IMG/VR virus record: IMGVR_UViG_3300018429_000004
Location: 1 to 58,561 of that record
DNA from: a virus
Taxonomy: Duplodnaviria; Caudoviricetes
Length of the DNA stretch: 58,561 bases
Strand: one strand, 5' to 3'
In this document: one piece after another, positions 10,171-19,820 of the stretch
How the letters are laid out: the number at the start of each line of letters is the position of its first letter
How positions within the stretch are numbered: position 1 is the first letter of the stretch
The notes under the pieces: model-generated
Seen by the model: the letters and a program-made list of their open reading frames with translations, nothing else
Databases searched by the model: none
Told to the model about the DNA's origin: nothing
Made by a program: the position numbers and the translations under genes

Positions 10171-10917
10171 TCAGTAAACGACGACCGCGCCCAGGAGGGC
10201 GTGGTCAGAGTGCAGCGGGTGACTGAACTTGCGGACCACCCGGAAGCCGGACCGAGCCACAGCCGTGTGGTCCAGCGAGCGAGGCGACGGGGTGATCCAG
10301 TGCCAGCGGACCATCGGCCGGATCTCACTCTCACGCCGATTCCAGTCCCCGCCGATCACCAGCGCGCTGGTGGGCAGCGCCTTCTTGGTGCTGGCGTACG
10401 CCTGACGCCAGCGCTGATCGGTGACGGCCGGACGGCAGGTGTGGCGACCGCGCTGCGGGAAGTGCAGGCTCACAGCGGTGAAAGACTTGGAAGTTCCGCG
10501 CAACTTCAAAGTTACGTAGGTGATGTAGCGCGCGGGGTTGTACGAGGGGCGGCCGTTCGCGCAGCGAGGCGTCGGGTTCGAGACCCGGATCAGCCGGGAG
10601 TGCGCGAGGTGCTTCAACCGCGAGGTCCGCCAGGCGATCGGGACACCGCCCACCGACCGGTATCCGGTCGTCTTCCATCCATCTGCTTGCAGGGCCCGAT
10701 GATCAGCACGCTCTCGAATCTCCTGATACAGCACCACGTCGCAATGCCGTCGGGTTTCTCGGGCATCAGCTCGCACCTTCCAGTCCGGGAGGTCGGGGGT
10801 GTTCTGGATGTTCACAGTGCAGATCCGGATAGATCTATTCACCGCCTCGGCCGAAACCGGGGCGAAGAGCACAGCTACAATCACCAGCGCTGTCAGAACA
10901 GCCGCGAACATTCTCAT
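10171..10917 (-). CDS. Secreted endonuclease/exonuclease/phosphatase (EEP) family protein
   Basis: Signal peptide (MRMFAAVL...SAEA); TVNIQ, YQEI, GGDWN, LDH and SDH catalytic motifs. Confidence 0.8.
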   Translation of the reverse strand: MRMFAAVLTALVIVAVLFAPVSAEAVNRSIRICTVNIQNTPDLPDWKVRADARETRRHCDVVLYQEIRERADHRALQADGWKTTGYRSVGGVPIAWRTSRLKHLAHSRLIRVSNPTPRCANGRPSYNPARYITYVTLKLRGTSKSFTAVSLHFPQRGRHTCRPAVTDQRWRQAYASTKKALPTSALVIGGDWNRRESEIRPMVRWHWITPSPRSLDHTAVARSGFRVVRKFSHPLHSDHALLGAVVVY

Positions 10918-11255
10918 TGCCTGCCTTCCCCGTACTGCTGGTTGTCCAGCAAGCGCCGGACAACATCCTGGGAGAAACGTTCGTGTTCAATCTGCCACGC
11001 TTCCAGCAGGGTCAATCGGCTGTGGGCATCGGCCATTCCGACCAAAAGCTCCTCGATCTTGCCGACTCGCGCCTGGAGCGAAGGCACAGCCTTCTCGACG
11101 ACCTGGTCGGCGTAGTCGGTCACGGCAGGCTTGCCCATGATGCCCTCGGAGAGAGCCCCCAACTTCTTGAACAGACGCCAAAAAACCGCGATGAACCCCG
11201 CCACCGCGACCAGGGCAACCACCACGGCCCCAATACGCAAAACCGTATCGGTCAT
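10914..11255 (-). CDS. Membrane protein in lysis cassette
   Basis: N-terminal transmembrane helix followed by a coiled segment. Confidence 0.65.
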   Translation of the reverse strand: MTDTVLRIGAVVVALVAVAGFIAVFWRLFKKLGALSEGIMGKPAVTDYADQVVEKAVPSLQARVGKIEELLVGMADAHSRLTLLEAWQIEHERFSQDVVRRLLDNQQYGEGRQ

Positions 11256-11262
11256 CGTCCCC

Positions 11263-11811
11263 TCACAGCGTCAACAGAATGTCGGAGTTGAGGACGTTGT
11301 TGTCCGCTGTCATGACCGCCTTGGTCGTTGTCCCACCGCAGCCGCCTTCAGGGTTAACCGGTGCCTGCTCCAGGATCGCGATCTGAAAGGAGGAGTTGTC
11401 GTCGACCTCATCTTTCATGCAGCACAGCAGCGCCCGGCGTACGGTCGCCATGTCCTGGATGTTGCGGTACATCTCGGCGGTCGTCTCGTCGCAGTCCGGG
11501 TGACCGTCCTGGTCAACCGTCTCGACGCACCGGTAGATCGTCACCGCGATCTCCACCGCCCACCGGTTGCCGCCGCACTTAGCGGCTCCCCGCGCCTGAG
11601 CAGGGAACGGCGAGGCGGTCGGGAAAATCCGCTCCACCTGGACGTAGGCCCGGCCGTTCTTGCCTGGCTCGCACTCGCAGCAGTCGCTGGCCGGAGGCAG
11701 CGACGTGCCGGAGTGGCCGCAGCACTCACACAGGTCGGTGAACGTGGTGCAGACGCAATGCTCGGCGATGGCAACCAGCGCCGAGACCGAGTCCTCGATC
11801 ACTCGGGCCAT
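11263..11811 (-). CDS. Tail terminator-like structural protein
   Basis: 182 aa, Cys-rich; ...GGCGG C-terminus; follows the adaptor. Confidence 0.55.
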   Translation of the reverse strand: MARVIEDSVSALVAIAEHCVCTTFTDLCECCGHSGTSLPPASDCCECEPGKNGRAYVQVERIFPTASPFPAQARGAAKCGGNRWAVEIAVTIYRCVETVDQDGHPDCDETTAEMYRNIQDMATVRRALLCCMKDEVDDNSSFQIAILEQAPVNPEGGCGGTTTKAVMTADNNVLNSDILLTL

Positions 11812-12614
11812 GTCGTCGCCCTCCCCTGCTCGCGAGTCTCAGGCGACCAGATCGAGAAGTGCTTGACGTGCGGCCGGTTGGTCCGGATCCAAGCGTCCAC
11901 AAGCCAGATGCCCGTCATGCCCTCGTCCAGCCCGGTGAAGTCGTCAAGCATCGTGATCGTGATGCCCTCACGCTGGATCTCACGGACGCGAGTCGGCAGC
12001 GCGCACTTCTTGTCATTGCAGATCGCCTTCGCGATCTCACAGGCCAACAGGCCCGCGATCTCACTACCACCCGCCGGAATCGGCAGACCGTGGCGGTAGG
12101 TGACGGCCCAGGTGCCGAGCACCGCCTCTGCATCTGGGCCGCCGTCCTCGACCTTATACGGCTTGGAGAGGTCGTTGCACTCAGGCCAACACTCGCCATC
12201 GAGCCGCACGAGGTACTTGCCGTTGTCGACGCGGTACGCCGTCGGAGGCAGCACCTCGCCGTCGATGATCACCTCGTCGACGACCAGCACGGTGCCGGTC
12301 AGTTCGATCTGGCAGACGTTGTTGCACGAGCACGAGTCCTGACCGCCACAGTCGCAACCAAAGCCCGGCCACATGACCGGGTGCCCGTACACGCCGCCGA
12401 AGTTGAGCAGTTGCCCCACCGAACGGCAGTCCGACCGGCAGGGGCGGATCGTGACGGGGCAGGGCGCGAAGCGGCTGCCCGTCCACCGGTAAAGGTGGCG
12501 GGCAGCCATGGCTTCTACGGCCGCAGCGAGGTCCGGCTTATCCGCGCGCAGGGAATCGAGGGCCGAGCACTCACAAGGCTCGGCATCCCAGCCACACTGA
12601 TCGGTGACCAGCAT
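11799..12614 (-). CDS. Head-to-tail adaptor
   Basis: 271 aa; CPVTIRPC, V.IDGEVL...YRVD, LACEIAKA...CALP.RV..IQREG, TGIWLVDAWI. Confidence 0.8.
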   Translation of the reverse strand: MLVTDQCGWDAEPCECSALDSLRADKPDLAAAVEAMAARHLYRWTGSRFAPCPVTIRPCRSDCRSVGQLLNFGGVYGHPVMWPGFGCDCGGQDSCSCNNVCQIELTGTVLVVDEVIIDGEVLPPTAYRVDNGKYLVRLDGECWPECNDLSKPYKVEDGGPDAEAVLGTWAVTYRHGLPIPAGGSEIAGLLACEIAKAICNDKKCALPTRVREIQREGITITMLDDFTGLDEGMTGIWLVDAWIRTNRPHVKHFSIWSPETREQGRATTWPE

Positions 12615-12623
12615 GCCGTCCTC

Positions 12624-13343
12624 CTAGGAACAGTCGTTCGGGAAGGTGCCAGAGACCAGCACGCAGGGGTCGAAGGCCGCGAGGATCAGGCGCTCCGCAA
12701 TGAACTGCTGGGTGTTCTGGACCTGCAACACGCCGGAGAGCATGATCTCCTCGTCCACGCCGACGTACGTCGGCCCGGTCACCCAGATCTGCGCCCCGGT
12801 GCCGTAGCCCGGGGACACAATGAAGGTGACCCAGTCCATGTTCGCGATCTGGTCGTAGAGCAGCACTGCCGCCTCGACGGTCAGATGCACCGTCAGGGCC
12901 GTGCCGAAGGACGCCTGTGCCGCAAGAGCCAGGGTCTTCGACAGTGCCTCGGCGGCACAGCCGTACGCCACCGGGGCGACGTCGCTCAGTGCCGGGTTGT
13001 CGGGGTCAGTGGCTGTGCCCAGGAGCAGAGACTGACCCAGCGCCCACTCGGTCGTGGCGTCGAGCCGCTCACGGGCGAGCCGTTCCAGGTCGATGTTGTT
13101 GATCGTGGAGCACTCGACCGGCTGAATCGCGTTGGTCGGCAGGAACTCGTGTTCGTCCCCGATGCCGGTCGGGACCTTGTCGGCAGGAACGCAGGCATCC
13201 TGCAGCAGCGGGGCTACACACCCCGTGGAGTTGAAGCGGACACCGGTACGCCACTCCAGCCCTGCCGGGAAGGAGAGGCCCCGGTCAACGAGGCCCCCCT
13301 TCCACGGCTGCTGCGGGATCCACGTGGGGTTCGACATGGTCAT
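12624..13343 (-). CDS. Major capsid pentamer-type protein
   Basis: 239 aa directly after the main capsid gene; EWRTGV.F...C and AERL...FDPC resemble pentamer proteins of cluster B-like mycobacteriophages. Confidence 0.6.
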   Translation of the reverse strand: MTMSNPTWIPQQPWKGGLVDRGLSFPAGLEWRTGVRFNSTGCVAPLLQDACVPADKVPTGIGDEHEFLPTNAIQPVECSTINNIDLERLARERLDATTEWALGQSLLLGTATDPDNPALSDVAPVAYGCAAEALSKTLALAAQASFGTALTVHLTVEAAVLLYDQIANMDWVTFIVSPGYGTGAQIWVTGPTYVGVDEEIMLSGVLQVQNTQQFIAERLILAAFDPCVLVSGTFPNDCS

Positions 13344-13384
13344 CGAATGACCCCTTTCTGTTCAGTGGATCCGGTCAGGATTGG

Positions 13385-14989
13385 TCAGGAGCCGATCGGG
13401 CCCTCGGGGCACAGCGCGGTCGCGTCGCAGATCTCGACGGGGATCTCGACCCGCTTGGCCTCGCAGCCACGGCCGAGGACACCCTCGAAGGTCTCCGCGA
13501 ACGCAGCCAACTTGTTCTGCCGGTTGAGGTCGTGGTCGCGGATCTCGGTGCCGAGGTTCAGTTCGCCACCGTCCATGAAGGTGTAGAAACCCTCGGGCGC
13601 GACGACCGTGGTGATCGGGTCGTCGTAGGGAGCCCACGGGCCAGAGACCTGCGGGCTCGGGAACATGTGCAGGTCCTTGGAGTAGGTGACCCGCACGCCG
13701 TACGGAGCGAGCGCGCGCTCGATCTTGTTGGCCGCCTCGATCTCGGTGGTCTCGATGAGACGACGGACCGCAAGGTCAGCCGAGACCGCAGTGGGGACCC
13801 ACGAGGGGAGCCACACGCGGAAGTTCACCGAGTCGAGCAGGCGCTGCTGCTGGCGCTGCTCCTCAACGGCCCGGAGGACGTTGTTGACGATGTTGAGGTA
13901 GAGGTCACCGTGCGCCTGGCCCTGGTGGGTCGTGGTCGCGAAGGTGAGCATCTTCGCCCACAGGTGGATCTCGGAGAGACGCGCCTTGGACGCGGTCAGC
14001 GCACGCAGGATCTCGGCCCAGCGCGACGGGTTGAACCGCTGCTGGAAGTTGCCGATCGTGATGCACTGGTAGATCGCATCGAGTTCGACCTCCTCGGGCT
14101 CCGGGCAGACGACCTCGGCGCACTGCTTCCAGGTCTCCGGGTCGGCGGTGACGGCGGCGTCGTCCTCGCAGGTCCAGATCGCTGCACCAGCCTGCGGGAG
14201 GCAGATCGGCGGGAACCAGCGGACCGCACCGTTGACCGTCATCGACGGCAGCGAGTCGCGGATCGGACGCGAGGCGTCGAAGGGGGTGGTCGACTCCGGG
14301 AGGTTCTCGGAGAGGACGCAACAGCCACCGGCAGCCGCGACGGCTTCCGGCGAGCCGACAGCGTCGAGCAGCTCCATCACCTTGTCCGGCGAGGTCGACG
14401 CGGTCAGCGTGTGGTCCGCACCGAGGTCGGTGCGGATGGTGATCACGTTGGTGCGGGCGCCGGGGCGCTGGGCGCGGCCGAACTTGTTGAACTGGTCGGC
14501 CATCTTGTCGAGCGTGATGGATGCACCGTGCTCGGCCATGCTCGGGCCCAGGAGCACCGAGTAGTTCGTGGTGTGCTCCTCGATGACAGGCGCGGGCTCG
14601 GTGACCTTCGCGCGCTTCTGGAAGCGCTTGAGCGCCTCGTCGAGCGGAAGAACACGAGGCTTGCCGGAGGCGGCTACCTCTTCGACGACCGGCTCCTCGA
14701 CCCCCTCGGTCTCGGCCTCAACGACCTCGACCTCCTCGGTCTCGAGACCCTCCAGGAGGGCGTCGGCCTCGGCGGCGATCTCAGCCTCAGCGACCTCGGC
14801 GGCCTCCAGAGCCTGAGTGACCTCGTCGTACGCAGCCCGGAGAGAGGTCAGAGCCTCCAGGTCCGGGGTCGACTCGCTGCGGGCCGCCTTCATCGCCGTG
14901 GCGAGTTCCTTGCGGGCAGCGGTCAGTTCGGCGGCGGTCGGCGGGTTCTCGCTACCGATCCGGGCGATGATCTCCTGTGCCGTCTCCAT
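13385..14989 (-). CDS. Major capsid (hexamer-type) protein with N-terminal scaffold-like region
   Basis: Start METAQ after GGAAGGAG; acidic coiled N-terminus; AAAGGCC..SE and LNLG..IRD..LN.QN....FAETFEG motifs. Confidence 0.8.
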   Translation of the reverse strand: METAQEIIARIGSENPPTAAELTAARKELATAMKAARSESTPDLEALTSLRAAYDEVTQALEAAEVAEAEIAAEADALLEGLETEEVEVVEAETEGVEEPVVEEVAASGKPRVLPLDEALKRFQKRAKVTEPAPVIEEHTTNYSVLLGPSMAEHGASITLDKMADQFNKFGRAQRPGARTNVITIRTDLGADHTLTASTSPDKVMELLDAVGSPEAVAAAGGCCVLSENLPESTTPFDASRPIRDSLPSMTVNGAVRWFPPICLPQAGAAIWTCEDDAAVTADPETWKQCAEVVCPEPEEVELDAIYQCITIGNFQQRFNPSRWAEILRALTASKARLSEIHLWAKMLTFATTTHQGQAHGDLYLNIVNNVLRAVEEQRQQQRLLDSVNFRVWLPSWVPTAVSADLAVRRLIETTEIEAANKIERALAPYGVRVTYSKDLHMFPSPQVSGPWAPYDDPITTVVAPEGFYTFMDGGELNLGTEIRDHDLNRQNKLAAFAETFEGVLGRGCEAKRVEIPVEICDATALCPEGPIGS

Positions 14990-15098
14990 CAGAGCGGCTC
15001 CTTCCATGTGATTCGTGAACACTGACCCGGATCATGAGAAAGGGCCATGTGGTGAAGAGTAGAGACCTGTGCTGGCCTTACGCCAACACCCGGCCTCG

Positions 15099-15272
15099 CT
15101 ATTGCGCTAACCCCTCCCTGAGGAACGGCGTAAGTGCGTGGGCGGCGTCATGCCAGTTGCCCGTGACGATTAGGTAGCCACAAGCGCACTCCAGCAGCGC
15201 TGCGTCCTCATCCGGAGCACCGACACCAAACCAGATCAACGGTCCCTTACAGACCTTGAAGACGTTGCTCAT
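15099..15272 (-). CDS. Small hypothetical protein (57 aa, not in ORF track)
   Basis: ATGA overlap with the protease stop; MSNVFKVCKG...ECACG. Confidence 0.35.
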   Translation of the reverse strand: MSNVFKVCKGPLIWFGVGAPDEDAALLECACGYLIVTGNWHDAAHALTPFLREGLAQ

Positions 15273-17719
15273 GACTCGTCGTCTTCGTCAGGGATGCTGT
15301 CGGCCAAATGCGCAGCGTACATCGGGGCCACTGCCTGAGAGATCTGCTGCAGGGTCTTCTCGATCTGGCTCTTCCACTCATCGTCGAGACCGCCTACCAA
15401 CTCGGCCTCGATGGTCTGAACCTCCAGCACCTCCGGCTCCTCGGCAGGGTCGTCGCAACCGCAGTCCTCATCGGCCAGCGCAGCCGAGGCAGCCAGAGCC
15501 ACCTCCTCGGCGGTCAGGTAACCCTTCGGGAAGCCACCCACGTTCACCGCCGGAAGACCGCACAGAGTCATCTCACCGTTCTTGCCGACCTCCCAGTGGC
15601 CGGAGACGTCCGAGGACTTGAAGGCGTAGATGTCGTCGGCGCTGGCGCCGGGGCGCAGGCGGCCCGCGAACCAGACGCCGTACGCGTCCACGCCGACACA
15701 GACATCGGCCACCGCCCGACCGGTCTTGTCGTAGTGCTTCGTGGCCTCGGCCGCGCCAATTCCGACGTTGCAGTGCGAGCCCGCCACCACGATGGTGCCG
15801 GTCCGCTTACCGCCCGCGAGCGGGGCCTGGCCGCGCATGAAGCCGTTGAGGTCCGCGTGCGGCGGAGTGATGCAACGATCGGGACGACCACGCACACAGA
15901 TACCCCACGGGGCGATGTGGCCAAAGACCCGGCCGTCATCCTCGAAGGTGGACGGCACCGACCAGCGGTTCGTGTGCGGGTCGAACCGCAGCCGGTCGTC
16001 ATTGCCCGGCACGCCGAACTGCGGGTCGTTGAAAGCCTCGATGTCGGTCTCGAACTCGATGATGCGCAGCGAGCCGGAAGCCGCGACCTCGATGACCTCG
16101 TCCTCCAGAGGCTGGATCAGGCGCAACTTCACCCTGCTGGCTGCCTCCCCAGTCAGGGCGGCCGTGTCGACGACAGCGACGTGACGCAGACGACCACGTG
16201 TGGTGACCTCCAGAGCGTCGTCGGCGTTCATCTTGCCGAGCGTGGCGTAACCGTTCTCGTCCTCTTCGAGATCGGCCGGGTTCTCCGGCAGGAAAGACTC
16301 ACCGTCGACCTCACCCATGATCGCCGACTTCTTGACCCGGAACTCCACGTCCACGTGGTCGAGCGCGACCGAGTTGCCGACAGCCCCTTCGGTGAAGAGT
16401 TCCGAGACACGCTGCACGGCGGCCCGGGTGTCCGGGTCCTCGCTGGCCGAGAGCCAGCCCCGGCCCCAGATGTCGTCGCCGTCACGCCACACTTCGGCGA
16501 TGGCACCGACAGTCATGCCGGAGTGGTCACCCTCCTCCCGATCCCAGATCAGCGGGATCGGGAGCACAGCGTCGTCCCACTCGATCGAACCCCTCGCCAA
16601 CATCCGGCCGTCACCAGAAGGCACACCCTCGATGGCGATGATGCCCTCGATCGGGATACCGGGGTTCTCCATGATCTCTGCGGCGGCAGCCACTGCGGCC
16701 TCGTAGTCCGTCTTCATGCTGCGGTCACTCCGATCGCGTCGGTCCTTGGGGGGCTTGGCCGGAGCGTCACCGTTGGCCCGCTCGGGACCGTGCGGACAGT
16801 CGGGCCAATCGTCGTACTTCTCCTGTACGCGGGCGTACGCCTTGCAGATCTTCTGCTTGACCTGATCCACCTCGTCGGTACTCAGGCCTTCGATCTGGCC
16901 GATCCCATGGCCTCCAGCCACAGCCGCCAGACCACGCGGGATCAGGGTCAGCGTGCCGCCGACGATGTCGGCAAAGCCCAGACCCCAGGCCCCCTTCTCC
17001 TCGGCGGGCATGTCGTCGTTGCGCCAGAGGAACGCCTTGGCCACACCAGCCGCGTCGACCTTGTCACCGCCCGTGGAGAAGTGCTCGAAGACCCGGTCGG
17101 CGGCCGCGCCGCCGTCCCAGTCGTACTCGCGGTCGGCGATCGGGAGGTTGATGTCGCCGTGCACCGAGAAGGTCTGCACCTCGCCATCGAGAGTCCCATC
17201 GAACCCGACTACCTCGGCCGCCCAGCCCTCCGGCAGTTCGACGTCGTCGCAGCCGAGCGCGCTCTTGCGCTTCTTGATGTGGGCCTTGGTCGCGTCGGGG
17301 TCCTTGGCCCGACCGATGGCCTGGATCGCGTTGGAGAGATCCTCGCAGTCCGCGATCGGGTAGGAGCCGTCGGGCATCGCCGTTCCGGACTCCGCCATCT
17401 TCTTCCGCTGCTCGGGCGTGTAGTCCTTGTAGAGCACCACACCGTCCTCGCGGACACCGGAGATCACCACGGTGCCGTCTTCCACAGCGGTCTCGAAGAG
17501 CCGCTCGGCGATGGCGAGGTAGCCCTCTTCCATCACGAACTCGCTCAGGAGCAGGTATGTCTGAAGACTGACCGTGTCGCCCGCGATGAAGCGGGTCATG
17601 GTCGCCGGGGACGATCCAACCTGGTGGGCCAGCGCATGCCAGGTGAGTCCCCTGGCAGTGCGGACCTTGTCCACCTGCTTGAAGAGGTCGCTCACGACCT
17701 TCTGCGCTGTCTTGGCCAT
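15269..17719 (-). CDS. Capsid maturation protease, multidomain
   Basis: Between portal and capsid; GIIAIEGVPSGDGR...LPIPL...H.G..VG.I protease module; accessory PDGSYPI domain; N-terminal HTH-like segment. Confidence 0.75.
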   Translation of the reverse strand: MAKTAQKVVSDLFKQVDKVRTARGLTWHALAHQVGSSPATMTRFIAGDTVSLQTYLLLSEFVMEEGYLAIAERLFETAVEDGTVVISGVREDGVVLYKDYTPEQRKKMAESGTAMPDGSYPIADCEDLSNAIQAIGRAKDPDATKAHIKKRKSALGCDDVELPEGWAAEVVGFDGTLDGEVQTFSVHGDINLPIADREYDWDGGAAADRVFEHFSTGGDKVDAAGVAKAFLWRNDDMPAEEKGAWGLGFADIVGGTLTLIPRGLAAVAGGHGIGQIEGLSTDEVDQVKQKICKAYARVQEKYDDWPDCPHGPERANGDAPAKPPKDRRDRSDRSMKTDYEAAVAAAAEIMENPGIPIEGIIAIEGVPSGDGRMLARGSIEWDDAVLPIPLIWDREEGDHSGMTVGAIAEVWRDGDDIWGRGWLSASEDPDTRAAVQRVSELFTEGAVGNSVALDHVDVEFRVKKSAIMGEVDGESFLPENPADLEEDENGYATLGKMNADDALEVTTRGRLRHVAVVDTAALTGEAASRVKLRLIQPLEDEVIEVAASGSLRIIEFETDIEAFNDPQFGVPGNDDRLRFDPHTNRWSVPSTFEDDGRVFGHIAPWGICVRGRPDRCITPPHADLNGFMRGQAPLAGGKRTGTIVVAGSHCNVGIGAAEATKHYDKTGRAVADVCVGVDAYGVWFAGRLRPGASADDIYAFKSSDVSGHWEVGKNGEMTLCGLPAVNVGGFPKGYLTAEEVALAASAALADEDCGCDDPAEEPEVLEVQTIEAELVGGLDDEWKSQIEKTLQQISQAVAPMYAAHLADSIPDEDDES

Positions 17720-17881
17720 GAAGGCAGAGTACGACTTCTGAAAGACGCCTGGCCAACAGTGACGGGCTACCAGCCACACCGAGGCCTATCCCCGCAGTTC
17801 TGGTTGCGCCAGAAGCGTGGAAGCCTAGAACTTTTCGGCCTCGGCAGGGCTGGTAGCCCGTAGAGAACACCGTAACGCACA

Positions 17882-17911
17882 ACACCCCCGGCTAAGGAGG
17901 CCCGGGGGTGT
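17882..17911. promoter_or_regulatory. Intergenic hairpin; minus-strand loop contains CCTCCTT
   Basis: ACACCCCCGG / CCGGGGGTGT 10-bp stem between portal and protease. Confidence 0.5.
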
Positions 17912-17957
17912 CGCGGTGCTGCGGGATATGGAATGGCCGCAGCACGTACCGATGATG

Positions 17958-19820
17958 CTAGGCCAAATCCAGCACCTGGTCCAGGATCTCGACGGGCACA
18001 GCGTGCATTGGGCCCGGGATGAACACCCGCTCGGCGGCCATCTTGGTGACCAGCCGATGCAAGGCGTGCGCCGAGGTGTCTTCGCCCTTCACCTCGCGGT
18101 ACTCACTCCACCACTGAGCCAGACCCTCGATCGACTCGGAGACGGTGTCCTCAATGTCAACGGCAGCACTGACCACCTGCTCACCAAGCGCGACAGCCAC
18201 CTCGGTGTTCTTCACGCCGTCGATGGTCCTGGTCGCGTACTCGTCCGAGCGTACGGCGGTGCGCACCTTGGCGCCGACCTTCTCCCGGGCCCGCCACACC
18301 GCCATCTGGATCGCAGCGTGCAGTGCAGCGGCCACGGGCTCCGTCGATGGAGCCGCCCCCTCAGTCGGCTCCCCGTCGATTGGTGTCTGACCCGAGCCGT
18401 CCTTGGTGTGCGGCTCACCAGGGCGCTGGCCACCGGTAGCCGCCGTCGGCTGGTCGCCCGAGCTGCCGTTGATCGCGAGCAGCAGACGCAGATCCTCCTC
18501 AGTCGGAGCGAACTCCTCCGGGATACCGAGGACAGAGCGCACCCACTTCGAGGAGACCAGGCCCATGTTCCAGGCGGTGATGGCGTCCTCGACCGAGTGC
18601 TGCCGCGCCAGGAGCGCGGTCGGATCCGGGACAAACTTCACCACGCTGGTCTCCGGCAGGTCCAGCACGCGGCTCAGGGCCGAGGCGTAGACCTGGCCGG
18701 TGGCCAGCGCGAACGGCTCGACGTGTTCCTTGTAGCCTGCCTCCTCGATCTGGAAGGCAACCGCCCGGTTGGACGCCGACATGCCCAGCAGCACCTCGGT
18801 CGGCATCGGCAGACCCCAGGCCAGACGCTGGATCGCCTTGTCCAGGCGGCTGGAGAGCAACTCGTCGTAGGCGTGGCTCATCTGCAGCCACGAGGCCCAG
18901 CCGCCGTCGGCCAGCATCTCCGCCGGGGCCCGGATCAGGATCGGCGTGGCGTACGCCTCCTCCATCGGCTTGCTGATGGCGTCCTTCAGCATCTCCGCGA
19001 AGTCGTCGGTGTCCTGGGCCACCGCGCTGTCAGGCGCGCTGTGCGGCATGTCCCCGGACGAGATGCTCAGCTCACTGGCCACGCCGAGCAGGCCGACGGT
19101 CTGCAGCCGCGAGCGGGTCTGCGCCTTGCTCAGCGCGGACAACTGCTCGATCTCCGAGAGCGCGTCGAGAACACCGGCCACGGGCGCATCCGGCAGCAGC
19201 GGGTCGATGGGCGAGGGCTTGATCCCGATGACGTACATCGCTGCCTGCTCCAGCAAGGCGGCGCGGTCGTTGTCCACGACCGAGACGACCCGCCAGCGGA
19301 ACTCCCCGTTGCCCGCATAGATCGGCCCCGAGGGCGTGGTCAGCGCCGGGTCGACCGGGGTAGCCCCGTCGATCACCGGCAGCTTCGAGGCGGGATAGGC
19401 GGCGTACGCCAACTCCCCGAAGAGCGCGAGGTTCGCTGCAACCTGTTCGGTCGACTGCCGGTCGCTGACGAGGTTGACGTACTCCTCGCTGGTCTCGCTG
19501 GGGATGACCTTGCCGTCGATCTCGACGGTCCAGCCGAGCCGGGCCACCTGCTGAGCCAGCCAGCCGACACCGAAGCGCAGTTCCCCGACGCCGTGCGCGA
19601 TGGTCGTGCGTACGTCGTAGACGTCGCCGTAGTAGTGCGCCACCTGGAGCTGCCAACCCCGGCTCACCGCCGAGGAGGTCGCGTAGGAGTACGCCGAGTT
19701 GTAGGCGGCCGCCACGCCGTCCTTCTTCGCACGCTGCTCATCCTTGGGTGGCCTGATCTCCGGCGTCTTGCGCGTGATCAGCCGTGCGAACGAGTTCTGC
19801 TTCTCAGTCACCACGACCAA
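17958..19820 (-). CDS. Portal protein
   Basis: 620 aa; WQ......Y..V.ELRF...W and AIQRLAWGLPMPTEVLLGMS..N motifs of actinophage portals. Confidence 0.85.
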   Translation of the reverse strand: MVVVTEKQNSFARLITRKTPEIRPPKDEQRAKKDGVAAAYNSAYSYATSSAVSRGWQLQVAHYYGDVYDVRTTIAHGVGELRFGVGWLAQQVARLGWTVEIDGKVIPSETSEEYVNLVSDRQSTEQVAANLALFGELAYAAYPASKLPVIDGATPVDPALTTPSGPIYAGNGEFRWRVVSVVDNDRAALLEQAAMYVIGIKPSPIDPLLPDAPVAGVLDALSEIEQLSALSKAQTRSRLQTVGLLGVASELSISSGDMPHSAPDSAVAQDTDDFAEMLKDAISKPMEEAYATPILIRAPAEMLADGGWASWLQMSHAYDELLSSRLDKAIQRLAWGLPMPTEVLLGMSASNRAVAFQIEEAGYKEHVEPFALATGQVYASALSRVLDLPETSVVKFVPDPTALLARQHSVEDAITAWNMGLVSSKWVRSVLGIPEEFAPTEEDLRLLLAINGSSGDQPTAATGGQRPGEPHTKDGSGQTPIDGEPTEGAAPSTEPVAAALHAAIQMAVWRAREKVGAKVRTAVRSDEYATRTIDGVKNTEVAVALGEQVVSAAVDIEDTVSESIEGLAQWWSEYREVKGEDTSAHALHRLVTKMAAERVFIPGPMHAVPVEILDQVLDLA

